Of a DNA stretch of 64,000 nt, positions 33,108 to 42,785 are shown in pieces. The DNA is from an uncultured Hormoscilla sp. GTDB lineage: Bacteria > Cyanobacteriota > Cyanobacteriia > Cyanobacteriales > Desertifilaceae. A model generated the notes under the pieces. That model did no database searches. It saw nothing but the letters and a program-made list of their open reading frames with translations, and was not told where the DNA came from. Positions within the stretch are counted from its first letter, which is position 1; each line of letters begins with the position of its first letter. The position numbers and the translations under genes were made by a program. The DNA is taken from contig OZ001293.3 of the NCBI GenBank assembly GCA_963921275.4, forward strand, positions 1,216,001-1,280,000, read 5' to 3'.

Positions 33108-33197
33108 TCATAACAACGGCTAAATTGAGAGGCGGATATTATTCGGGAGCATCTCCACCAATATCTCGCGCCCGTCCGCTCCAACCTCTTGTTATAC
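33108..33197 (-). other. attC-like site
   Basis: Minus strand GTATAACAAGAGGTTGGAGCGGAC...CCGCCTCTCAATTTAGCCGTTGTTATGA, overlapping the end of the small partner gene. Confidence 0.6.
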
Positions 33198-33348
33198 CGG
33201 GCTTTCGAGATAAATTCACAACTTCCTTGCCGCTTGCCGCTTGCTGCTTTTGTAAATCAGCAAATATGGCTTTCAAATCGTGATTGAATGAACGAGAGTA
33301 CTCTTCACGGATTCTGTGAATTTCTTCGACAATCTCATCCCGATACAT
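33139..33348 (-). CDS. Small partner protein of the PIN gene (antitoxin-like)
   Basis: MYRDEIVEEIHRIREEY...DLKAIFADL. Confidence 0.7.
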   Translation of the reverse strand: MYRDEIVEEIHRIREEYSRSFNHDLKAIFADLQKQQAASGKEVVNLSRKPGITRGWSGRARDIGGDAPE

Positions 33349-33350
33349 AA

Positions 33351-33824
33351 TCAACCTCCAAGCATTTCGTATGGGGTACAAAGAATAGGCAACTCATATC
33401 CAAAATCAAGACTAATTTCTGCTAATTTTCTCTGAATTTGAGCATTTGCAATATGCTTGCAGTTCCAGGTCAGCAGGTAATCCATGCCATGAACAGTTGC
33501 GGCTGCGATATGAATAGCATCAACATCAGCTTTGGCAGGCAGATTACTGCGTCCCAGCAACTGCTCTGCTAGATCGATCGCAGATTGGTTCAAATCGAGT
33601 AACGCCAGATCGCGAATGATTGCGAGTCGTTGAGATGCTATTTGAGCATCTCCTTGTGACGTTTCTTTGACGACGGCTTGCGAAGAGTAAAGTTGGAAGT
33701 AACCACGGCGCGTATCCCACCACTCCCTCGTAATCTCTATATTGGCAGCCACGACAATATCTCTGCTGGATCGAGCAGTAAGATAGCCTAAGATACTCGT
33801 TTCAATGTAGACAGTTTCACGCAT
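33351..33824 (-). CDS. PIN-domain (VapC-like) protein
   Basis: VYIETSILGYL, DAIHIAAA, YLLTWNCKHIAN. Confidence 0.88.
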   Translation of the reverse strand: MRETVYIETSILGYLTARSSRDIVVAANIEITREWWDTRRGYFQLYSSQAVVKETSQGDAQIASQRLAIIRDLALLDLNQSAIDLAEQLLGRSNLPAKADVDAIHIAAATVHGMDYLLTWNCKHIANAQIQRKLAEISLDFGYELPILCTPYEMLGG

Positions 33825-33988
33825 GCAGGAAATGGGCAGTAACTTTTTCTATTTTAATCCACACCCCCGCTCGCTGCTCGTCCGTTTCAGAGGCTATGCC
33901 TAGTATAACACGCGAGCGTGCAAAAGAAGCTGCAATTTCCTGCTTGCCAGGATCTCGCGAATCATTAACGTCAATTAAAATGTTCGTG

Positions 33989-34231
33989 TCAACTGCGTTC
34001 ATGCAACATATCTCGCGTAAACAGAGGAGCATTTGAGGGAATAGGGTTTTGTTGCATTCGTTCGACAAGTCGCCTTAAAAAATCCTGTCTAGCACCAAGA
34101 TCGGCGATCTTGGGGGGAATGACTTGAGGTGATTTTACAAAAAGTTCAACTTGAATGCCTTCAGGCAAATCGCCAGCTGTCTGAAGGATGAATGTACCAC
34201 TATGGTAAATCGCTTTTAAGGCTTGGGGCAT
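33989..34231 (-). CDS. DUF104-like antitoxin, second copy; its PIN partner (33925-34002) is truncated
   Basis: Near-identical to 27445-27687. Confidence 0.75.
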   Translation of the reverse strand: MPQALKAIYHSGTFILQTAGDLPEGIQVELFVKSPQVIPPKIADLGARQDFLRRLVERMQQNPIPSNAPLFTRDMLHERS

Positions 34232-34367
34232 GGGGAACGCTCCATTTTCAGAGTTAAGGACTGATGGTTGCACCGCCTTCTCGGCGAAGAATTATCGGCA
34301 CCCGTGGCAGGCGATCGAACTCATTCACCAGAAGGATCGCAGGTAGAATAGTGAAAACGCACGATCG

Positions 34368-34577
34368 TCAAGTCTGTTTTGCTTCCGAAGCCGCCTGCAT
34401 CAACACGGCACCAGCACCAAAGCAGTTGTCAGGAGTCGGCAAGTCATAGGTTTTAAATGGTTCTAGGGGTGAAATATCCTCTGCTGCTTCTAGATCCTCT
34501 GCCAGAATCCGAATCAGCTTCAATTTTTCTATAATAGAGAGTTTGCGGATAGTTGGAAGAACCTCAGTCAAAGTCAT
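34368..34577 (-). CDS. Small antitoxin-like hypothetical protein
   Basis: MTLTEVLPTIRKLSIIEKLKLIRILAEDL; GGAG RBS. Confidence 0.6.
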   Translation of the reverse strand: MTLTEVLPTIRKLSIIEKLKLIRILAEDLEAAEDISPLEPFKTYDLPTPDNCFGAGAVLMQAASEAKQT

Positions 34578-34641
34578 AGTTACGTCTCCCAGGAATATCT
34601 TCATGCATTAATTTTAATCGCCAGACGTAATTTTTCCATAA

Positions 34642-34860
34642 TGCATCCCGATAACTTGGGCTCTTATACAGATTTCATCACCTAGGATAACACGCTCATG
34701 TGCCTTGGTAGCCTATAAGGCAAGTAAACTTTTTTTAAGTTTCCCTGAAAGCCTCTCCCTCCAAAGAGATTCAGCTATTTTACATTGCTTAACATCTGAA
34801 GAATGCTCTTTGTGCCTACGTACCTATTTTGTACCTATCGCCCTGACCCCTTTTCGTTTC
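34642..34860. repeat. Repeat core copy
   Basis: Same core motifs as 27893-28170. Confidence 0.88.
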
Positions 34861-35217
34861 TTACACTGCATAGCCAGAGTATTTGCGGATAAAAGGGGGT
34901 TGAAAACCGATGACAATATCGCTTTTCTGCACTCCCATTTCTACTAAATATTGACCGATATCTAGTTCTGTATTGTTGGCTTGAATCCAGACTTTTTCAT
35001 CTTTTATATCTAAATGAATTGAGCAACCATATATCCGCTCTTGCTTGTCCCAACCTACGGCAACTACTTGATAATGATCCTGTTCGTTATCAAAGATTGT
35101 TTGCACCTCAATGTCACCGTGAGAAGGTTTGTAGGCACCGTATTCTGCGAGCATTTTTCTGACTATAGCACGATATAGTTCGCTTTTTGTTTCTGTTTTT
35201 TGTTCTAGATAATCCAT
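34861..35217 (-). CDS. xisI: XisI-family protein
   Basis: FDNEQDHYQV..GW..RIYGCSIHLDIKDEKVWIQ..TE..DIVIGFQPP. Confidence 0.92.
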   Translation of the reverse strand: MDYLEQKTETKSELYRAIVRKMLAEYGAYKPSHGDIEVQTIFDNEQDHYQVVAVGWDKQERIYGCSIHLDIKDEKVWIQANNTELDIGQYLVEMGVQKSDIVIGFQPPFIRKYSGYAV

Positions 35218-35613
35218 TTTACGATCGCCTCATTTTCTGTATCGTAGATTAGCAATTTAATTTGATATTCATCAATAATTAACCGAGGAAACTCTTTTTG
35301 CAGAAAGGTATTATAGCTAATAGCTGGGACAGCAATAAATAGCTTTCGCTCCGGTTCTTTTAATTTTAATGCAGTTCGATAGTTGATAAATTGCCCGATT
35401 GCTAGATGAAAATCAGCAACGCTAGACGGGTTGAGAAAGCTTTTAATTTCGACAGCAATCTTTTCCCCATCGCGTTCGGCAGCAAGTAATTTTTCTGCGC
35501 TCGATAAAAAAATCAACTCCACCCACTTTAAGAAAAAGCGGATCCTCGGTGATTTTCCAACCTTTGGCAATCAGGGCTGTTTTAAAAACATCATGAAACA
35601 AGTCTTTTGCCAA
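35205..35613 (-). pseudogene. xisH: XisH-family protein, frameshifted
   Basis: AKDLFHD..GWKITEDP and AEKLLAAE..IAVEIKSF..GQFINY lie in different frames. Confidence 0.88.
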
Positions 35614-35625
35614 TATATCCACCAC

Positions 35626-35722
35626 TATACAGATTTCATCCCCTAGCATAACACGCTCCTGTGCCTTGGTAGCCGAAATTATGTTAAGTTTTGTTAAATT
35701 TATGAAACCCTCTCCCAGAAAT
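35626..35722. repeat. Repeat core, partial copy
   Basis: TATACAGATTTCATC..CTAGCATAACACGCTC..TGCCTTGGTAGCC. Confidence 0.85.
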
Positions 35723-35750
35723 CGATAACTACGAAACTCTTGCTTAAAGA

Positions 35751-35972
35751 TTAGACAGATCCTGTTCTAGAAGAGATTGAAGCAAGCTGGATTTCCAGCC
35801 AGTCGGGCGGGCTGAAAATACAGTTTCTCACTATTGTTGGGGCTTCTGATGCCCCCAGTTCATCGCACACTGCTTGGGGAACAAACACGCGATCGAATAA
35901 TTGTGGTAATAGTTCAAATTGGTCAATCAGTATCAAATAACGCAAAGGTGACGTATTGGAGATAACAGTCAT
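35751..35972 (-). pseudogene. DUF3368 PIN-like toxin, truncated
   Basis: VISNTSPLRYL..LLPQLF..VPQAVCDEL; only 73 aa. Confidence 0.8.
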
Positions 35973-36232
35973 TTTCCCCTCACTTTGCGAATATTCTGGA
36001 CATCTTGCTCTAGATCTGCTAGGGTGTAGTTTAGATAAGCGCCTTCTTTCTTGAGAAACCCATCAACTTCATAGCGGCCCAAGCCAAGTATCCGCCCCAC
36101 CTCAGCATGAGTAATTGCCTCATCTCGATAGGCTTCGGCAGCGGTAATTTCCAACACCCGCTGTTTCAGATTACCCCATTTCTCTTCCATATAATTGGCG
36201 ATTTTGTCAGGTATTTCAATCGCGATTTTCAT
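35969..36232 (-). CDS. UPF0175-family antitoxin
   Basis: AEAYR..IT..EVGRILGL.RYEVDGFLK..Y..DLEQD; coupled to the DUF3368 gene. Confidence 0.82.
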   Translation of the reverse strand: MKIAIEIPDKIANYMEEKWGNLKQRVLEITAAEAYRDEAITHAEVGRILGLGRYEVDGFLKKEGAYLNYTLADLEQDVQNIRKVRGK

Positions 36233-36297
36233 GGCATAACCTCCTAAACGCTCTGCTTGAGTATAGCAAATCTTGACCAGATTTTTCCTCGTCAGTT

Positions 36298-36416
36298 ACC
36301 TACCTACCTATCTTGTACCGATCGCCCCGACCCCTTGGGTGTTCTCATATATCGATATCCAGTCTGTATCGGTGTGGTGGCGCCAGGGATGGCAACCGGT
36401 ACAGAAGCGATCGCCC
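36298..36416. repeat. Repeat core, right half
   Basis: CCTACCTACCTATCTT..CGATCGCCCCGACC..TATCGATATCCAG..GGTGGCGCCAGGGATGGCAAC. Confidence 0.85.
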
Positions 36417-36461
36417 TGAAGTCACAAGAAACCTGAGAAGGTATTCAGCATGTTGGCATCT

Positions 36462-37337
36462 TTACATTTTCATTGACTTTTTGTCTTCAATATACAGATC
36501 GAAATCGGACCATAACCTTTCATTACGCTTTTTCACCTTCTCTATGAGTTCGCCTTTTGGGCTGTATTTTTTCCCTGGATAACAAGCGAAACCAATAAAT
36601 CGTTTTCCTTTATTGCCTAAGCCATTAACACCCCATTCCGCGAGCATCTGCTCGTGACTCATATCCAGTTGACTGAGATGCTCAATAAGTCGATCGATAT
36701 CATATCGGTAAGTTGTAAACTGAACCTCAAATTGGATTTCTTCTGAATTCTCATACCTCCATTGCAGAATGTCTATGTTCCCTTCTATAGATTTCTTCCA
36801 TTGGTAACCGTCAAGAACACTTGGATCCGGCAACCAGTCCGCTACCAGTGAGTTTTTGGCATCAATCCAATCCGTGGGTCTCGAAGCATACAAAAAAGCT
36901 GTATGGTCAATGACAATCAATCCGTCTTCATTTAAATGCTCTTTGGCATTTTTCAAAGCTGCAAATCTATCTTTATCCGTACTTAAATGTTTTAATACGG
37001 ACAATGCAAACACAATTAAATCATATTTTTGATTGAGTTTAAATGAACACATATCTGTATTCACAAATTCAACAATTGCGTTCTCTACCTTATGTTCCGC
37101 ATAATTTTTTCTTCCTTGAGATATCATTTCATCACTTAAATCAATTCCAGTTATCTCCTTTGCTTCTTTCATAAATATCCAGAACAATCGACCCATTCCG
37201 CAACCCAGCTCTAATACAGATTTTGGCTTCAATATTTCAACCAAATCCTCATAGAGAGAAAAATCCATTTTGAATTCATTCATAATCTCATCATAGAAAT
37301 CCCTCGATTTGTTATACTCCGATTTGCTTAATTTCAT
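36462..37337 (-). CDS. Class I SAM-dependent methyltransferase
   Basis: VLELGCGMGR, GIDLSDEM, YDLIV, HLNEDGLIVID. Confidence 0.88.
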   Translation of the reverse strand: MKLSKSEYNKSRDFYDEIMNEFKMDFSLYEDLVEILKPKSVLELGCGMGRLFWIFMKEAKEITGIDLSDEMISQGRKNYAEHKVENAIVEFVNTDMCSFKLNQKYDLIVFALSVLKHLSTDKDRFAALKNAKEHLNEDGLIVIDHTAFLYASRPTDWIDAKNSLVADWLPDPSVLDGYQWKKSIEGNIDILQWRYENSEEIQFEVQFTTYRYDIDRLIEHLSQLDMSHEQMLAEWGVNGLGNKGKRFIGFACYPGKKYSPKGELIEKVKKRNERLWSDFDLYIEDKKSMKM

Positions 37338-37479
37338 TTTCTTCTCTGATTTGCCTAATTTCATTTGTTGTCAATAACGACCTTGATGCTAGCGGTGCCG
37401 TGCTGGGACGATCGAACCCGTGCTTTATACCCCACATCCGCCTCCACTGAATGGTTCGGCACAGCAAATAGCTGCCCAA

Positions 37480-38115
37480 GGGCCACCAAGCGTCACAAGC
37501 CGAAAATACTGCCCTGGCCTCTTTGCCTCAAATGCCGCACCAGCCTATTGCCGGTGGAGATTTGTTGCATGAACAGTATGCCGCCGAGGTGGTCCAAATC
37601 GCTCTGGACATATTTCCGGCTCCTAGCATAACACGCTCGCGTGCCAAGGTAGCCTATAAAGCAAGTTAATTTTTGTTAACTTGCCTGAAAGCCTCTCCCA
37701 TAAAGAGATTCAGCTCTTTGAAATTTCGCACGGCTGTGCCTCTTTGTGCCTACCTGCTTATCTTGTACCGATCGCCCCGACCCCTTTCTATTCTCATATA
37801 TCGATATCCAGTCTGTCTCGGTGTGGTGGATATCGCTCTGCCCGCCAGTCGTTCTCCTCATGGCTACCCAAGAGCCACCAAGCGTCAAAAGCCGAAATTG
37901 CCGTATTGGTGGAGTTGCCTCAAATGCCGCACCTGCCTATTGCCGGTGGATATCTTGTGCATGAACCCGATCTGGATCTTATACAGATTTTATTGCCTAG
38001 TATAACACGCTCGTGTGCCAATGTAGCCTATAAGGCAAGTTAACTTTTGTTAAGTTTCCCTGAAAGCCTCTCCCTCCAAAGAGATTCAGCTATTTTACAT
38101 TGCTTAACATCTGAG
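37480..38115. repeat. Two tandem repeat copies, each preceded by a degenerate gene 3' end
   Basis: Cores at ~37612-37830 and ~37966-38115; upstream ...LPQMPH.PIAGG.L.HE... peptide appears twice. Confidence 0.85.
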
Positions 38116-38196
38116 GAACCTGGTCAGGGATCTCGTCCTCCCTACCCTGGGAGAAGTGGTCAAAACCAGTCGATCGTTCTATGGGCCCTCTCAGTC

Positions 38197-38365
38197 GCCA
38201 GCAATAGCTTATTGTAAGCCAGCAATAGCTTATTGTAAGCCAGCAATAGCTTATTGTAAGCCAATCAATAGCTTATTGTAAGCCAGCAATAGCTTATTGT
38301 AAGCCAGCAATAGCTTATTGTAAGCCAGCAATAGCTTATTGTAAGCCAGCAATAGCTTATTGTAA
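38197..38365. repeat. Tandem repeat, 8 x 21 bp (GCCAGCAATAGCTTATTGTAA)
   Basis: Counted directly; unit 4 is a 22-bp variant; internal IR CAATA-gct-TATTG; no spacers. Confidence 0.95.
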
Positions 38366-38571
38366 AGCTGCCTGTTGAAATAGCTAATGACAAGAAAAAC
38401 CCCGTTCCTCCGTCACTGGGAAAAGTTCCCTGGCGGGGCCACCCCGAAGCGATACCGTCGGAGGGTTCTCCCTAACCAACAGGAGGCTCTGCCTCTGTTG
38501 ACGGTTCCCAGGCTGAGCCTAGGAACCAGGAAAATTTCTAGCCCGCGCAGGCGGGCTTTGTTTGTGTAGCC

Positions 38572-39442
38572 GGATGGGGTCGAGCCGGGAATCGCTTCCC
38601 GACCCTCCCTTGAGGAACCGGACTTGCGATTTTCACCGCATCCGGCTACTGGGTACTAGGCCCTTTTCATAGGTAGACTTAATAGGAATTACTTCCGTTA
38701 GCCCTTGCCGCCTGTCTTTTCTTCCCTTTCCTGGTTTAGCGAGTGGTTGTTCTGATAACCGTTAGTATCACCATTTTCAAGTCAGTTTTACCAGTTATCC
38801 ATACCTTATCCTCCACTTGCGTTTCGGATTAGTTCCGTGGCTTTTTAGGATTACTCATTCCAGCAGCTTCCTAGTATCACCGACCCACGTCAGCGCTGGC
38901 TACCCAGCATCATCTACATTACTGTAGATGTTATCCCAGGAATTACCCCGGGCATTCGCTTCTTGGGCCATCCCTCCCCCCGTGGCTTGCGCTTAACATC
39001 TAACTTGTCCTGATGGACAGCACACGAGAGGTTACTTCGTTCCCTAACAACATTTCGCGATACCTTTAGGTCCACACTATACCCCGGGAGCTATTTGAGT
39101 ACTATATTAGCCAGAGTCTAAAACTAATACTAGCTACCATTTCCTTTTTAGGCCAGCGCATATAGCCTTATTTCGCTGGTTCCTTATAACGAGGCTTGCA
39201 CATGTTTGCCTGCTCTAACCTTGGATATCTTTCCTAGCGGCGTCACCGGCTTAGGCTGCCAGTTATCCTACATTTGAGTCCTCGCTTAGCACCACGATGA
39301 TGTCGCTTCGTAGCACCGAGGACCGGTGTCACCCCCGTACCTGGGGGGAGGGGAATTTAACCCCCATGCGGTCAGAGTTCCCGGCTAATGAAACCGGGCT
39401 AGCGTTCCGTGTTTGACCACGTTAGGCTAGAACGAATCGCAC
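38572..39442 (-). mobile_element. Second ORF-less group II intron, inserted in a REP-like repeat
   Basis: Minus strand starts GTGCGATTCGTTC; domain V AGCCGGATGCGGTGAAAATCGCAAGTCCGGTTC; domain VI ...CTCGACCCCATCC. Flanks rejoin to the repeat seen intact at 62590-62845. Confidence 0.9.
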
Positions 39443-39489
39443 CGACCCTTTAGGGTTGGGGATCTTTAGGGTTGTGCAGTGTGCGGTAG

Positions 39490-40974
39490 CTAACCCTTAA
39501 GTTTTTTACCCAACAACTGATTAGTCAGCTTGGGATCGGCACGACCGCTAGTTTTCTTCATCACCTGTCCGACAAAGAAACCTTGCAGCTTAGTTTTACC
39601 CTGGCGATACTGTTCCAGTTCCTTGGGATGAGCGGCAATCACTTCATCTATAATAGCTTCCAGAGCACTCTGGTCGGAAATTTGGATTAAACCCTTACTT
39701 TCCACCAGCTCCTTCGGCGACCCCCCTTTTGATAAGATGTCGGGCAAGATGTCTTTGGCAATTTTGCTGCTGATAGTTTTATCTTCAATCAGCTTTATCA
39801 TCTCCGCTAGGGCCTCGGGGGTAATGGCAATGTCGGTAATGCCGAGTTTGTTAGCATTCAAATAGGCCGCAATGTCGCCCATCACCCAGTTCGCTGCTTG
39901 CTTGGGATTAGCATTGGCGGCGACGGCGGCTTCAAAATATTCCGCCACCGCCCGATCGTCCGTCAGCACCCGGGCGTCGTAAGCAGAAAGTTCCAGTTGA
40001 CTTTCATAGCGATCGCGTTTTTGGGCGGGCAGTTCCGGCAATTGGGATTTCCATGCTGCCAGTTGTTCTTTCGATACTTCAATGGGGGGCAAATCCGGTT
40101 CCGGGAAGTAGCGATAGTCGCTAGATCCTTCCTTGCTGCGCATGCTAATAGTGCGCCCCGAACCTTCTTCCCAGAGGCGAGTCTCTTGGACGATTTTCTC
40201 CCCTGCTTCTATCGCTACAATTTGCCGCTCAATTTCATAGTCGATCGCCCGTCCGATGGCATTAAAGGAGTTCATATTTTTAATTTCCACCTTCGTGCCG
40301 AATTCCTCTTGACCCACAGGACGAACGGAGATATTCACATCGCAGCGGAGGGAACCTTCCTGCATATTACCATCGCTAACCCCCAGGTAACGCATAATCC
40401 GACGCAGTTCTTGGGCGTACTCAGCAGCTTCCTGTCCCGATCGCATATCCGGTTCCGAGACTATTTCTATGAGGGCCACTCCAGCGCGGTTATAGTCTAC
40501 CAGAGAATAGGTCGAACCCGAAAGGCGATCGCTCCCGCCATGAACCAACTTCCCCGCATCTTCTTCCATATGCAGGCGAGTAATGCCAATCTTTTTGCGA
40601 ACTGGGTTGCCATCAGCATCCGTCAGTTCAATTTCCAGCCAACCATGTTCCGCGATCGGCAGATCGTACTGAGAAATCTGGTAATTTTTCGGCAGATCTG
40701 GATAGAAATATTGCTTGCGATCGAACTTGCTGTATTTAGCAATCTCGCAATTGAGCGCCAAACCCGCCTTCACCCCATATTCCAGAACCTTTTCGTTCAG
40801 TACGGGAAGGACTCCGGGCATTCCCATACAGATAGGGTCAATATTGGTGTTAGGAGTAGCCCCAAATTCCGTCGAAGAATTGGAAAAAATCTTGGTTTTG
40901 GTACTCAGTTGACAGTGAGTTTCCAAACCAATAATCCCTTCGTACTGAGTTTTAACCGGTGCAGCAGTAGTCAT
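39490..40974 (-). CDS. gatB: Asp-tRNA(Asn)/Glu-tRNA(Gln) amidotransferase subunit B
   Basis: [40 protein letters not shown]. Confidence 0.98.
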   Translation of the reverse strand: MTTAAPVKTQYEGIIGLETHCQLSTKTKIFSNSSTEFGATPNTNIDPICMGMPGVLPVLNEKVLEYGVKAGLALNCEIAKYSKFDRKQYFYPDLPKNYQISQYDLPIAEHGWLEIELTDADGNPVRKKIGITRLHMEEDAGKLVHGGSDRLSGSTYSLVDYNRAGVALIEIVSEPDMRSGQEAAEYAQELRRIMRYLGVSDGNMQEGSLRCDVNISVRPVGQEEFGTKVEIKNMNSFNAIGRAIDYEIERQIVAIEAGEKIVQETRLWEEGSGRTISMRSKEGSSDYRYFPEPDLPPIEVSKEQLAAWKSQLPELPAQKRDRYESQLELSAYDARVLTDDRAVAEYFEAAVAANANPKQAANWVMGDIAAYLNANKLGITDIAITPEALAEMIKLIEDKTISSKIAKDILPDILSKGGSPKELVESKGLIQISDQSALEAIIDEVIAAHPKELEQYRQGKTKLQGFFVGQVMKKTSGRADPKLTNQLLGKKLKG

Positions 40975-41395
40975 AAAGTCAATGATTGCAACTGAGCAGT
41001 GCTTCCTATTATAACATTTTGGCCGATGGGTCGGATTTATGCAGTTTCATGGGGCGTGATCCGGTACTACCGGTCAATCACCTGCCATTCCAGACCCCTG
41101 ATCGCATTATATCCCAAAATCCTGGTTACCGAGGATCTATTATAAGATGCTTGCGGTCTGGGATGGAACAGAAACAGTTAATAAATTGTCACACTGAGGG
41201 ATACTTCTACCACTGAAATAGACTAGGTTTGCCAATAGAACAGTTATCAGTCAGGACGACAGCGGTTATGAGTGTTACATTTAATAAAAAGCAACTAATT
41301 ATCACTAGCTTGGTTGGTTTTGCTACGGATTTACTGTCGTCTATGCTGTCGGACAATCCCGCGATCCCGTAACCACCAACTCCGGATCTAACCTC

Positions 41396-41992
41396 GTGCC
41401 AACAGCCACATCCTCGGAGAACCCTGTAGCATCCGATACTGAGAACCTGCTGCCAGCAACGACCATAGGAATTGTAGAGACTTGCATCACCAAGATTGCC
41501 CGTGTCGCTGATACCAACCCACCCCTTAACGTCCGTTCTAGCCCCACTATAATACCAGATAATATTATCGATCGACTAGAAAATGGGATATGGCTTTCCG
41601 TTGTCGCTACTAAAGATGGCTGGTTTCAAATTAGCGATCCTCTCAAAGGCTGGGTGGCAAAGGATTTGACAGAAAGTAGCTGTAGCCAAAAAATTGAACG
41701 AGTGAGATTTGCTCCCGGTAGCAATGGCGGCACAATTTCCGATCGCTTTATTGGGACTGGCAACCACCAATATTTAATCAAAGCCAATCGAGGTCAAACC
41801 CTGACCGTCACTAAGATTGATGGAATCTTTCCCATGATTATAACACCTAAGGGAGAACTGCTCGCAGGGAACCCCTATCAAGATGATAGACAGTCCTGGA
41901 CGAGCAAGATCCCCGAAGCAGGCGACTACCGCCTAGAATTGATTTCCAATTTCCGGGGTTACGACTACTCCTTCTCCGTGCAAGTCAAGTAA
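41396..41992 (+). CDS. Bacterial SH3-domain protein with C-terminal PPC-like domain; signal region possibly frameshifted (ATG at 41268)
   Basis: PLNVRSSP..GWFQI..GWV; FAPG..GDYRL. Confidence 0.7.
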   Translation: MPTATSSENPVASDTENLLPATTIGIVETCITKIARVADTNPPLNVRSSPTIIPDNIIDRLENGIWLSVVATKDGWFQISDPLKGWVAKDLTESSCSQKIERVRFAPGSNGGTISDRFIGTGNHQYLIKANRGQTLTVTKIDGIFPMIITPKGELLAGNPYQDDRQSWTSKIPEAGDYRLELISNFRGYDYSFSVQVK

Positions 41993-42060
41993 TTTCCTTA
42001 AATAGAGGCGATCGCCTAAAATAGGACTTACGCTCTAGTGTAATACCAAACCCATGACCC

Positions 42061-42160
42061 AATACTTCTCGGTTAACATCTTATTTGTCATTGCTAGGGA
42101 GGCTCCCAAATTAACATTGTTCCGATCTCCGCTTAGATCCCCCCCGAAGCAATCTCATGC
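42061..42160. mobile_element. Partial copy of the 19551 MITE
   Basis: AATACTTCTCGGTTAAC end and CCCGAAGCAATCTCATGC internal motif. Confidence 0.7.
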
Positions 42161-42619
42161 GTCGTTGGAGTAGTGCCTTCGGAACTTCAGTTAGATAAAT
42201 TCAAGGATATGGTAACCTGTCCCAGCTATAATCTTAATGGCGATCGCGAATCGGCTCTAGCAGCTCTCAAGTATGCCGGCATTACTTCCAGGTACTTCGT
42301 GTCCAAGAATGTCTGCCATAGAGTATACTACGATCGGGAAATGCACAAACGATTGGAAGCAGTCAAGGACAAAAGTAAAGCCATTAGCTATATCTGGAGA
42401 GGAATGGATGCTTATCTTCGGAAGAAGCCTAGGGGCAAAAAGTTTCACGACCCCTTAGCTGCTTGCTGTGCCATTGATAATTCTATTGTAACTTGGGCTG
42501 AGGTAGAGCTTTACTACGAAAAAGGCAAGTGGGGAGCGCGGTTATCCCCAGGAAGCAAAACATGGATTATCATAAATTACAATTATGAGAAGTTTATACA
42601 AGTTATAACTGCTTATTAA
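42161..42619 (+). pseudogene. Nucleoside hydrolase-like protein, C-terminal remnant
   Basis: YNLNGD, KNVCH, FHDPLAACCAID; 5' end replaced by the MITE. Confidence 0.65.
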
Positions 42620-42785
42620 AAAAATCACAATTTAAAATTGCGAATTGCGAATTGCAAATGGAAAATGGATAATATACATAAATAATCAGCAAGTCTCCAT
42701 TTTGAATTTTCAATTCTCAATTATAGCAAAACGTTGCGCTTTAGCGTCCTCATGTTGGCGCTGAAGCGCAACTACAAACCTAATG

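Noticed and set aside
38197..38365. Possible CRISPR array (21-bp repeats)
   Set aside because: Units are contiguous with no unique spacers, and no cas genes are in the window.
39898..40995. 365-aa plus-strand ORF
   Set aside because: Antisense shadow of gatB with no recognisable motifs.
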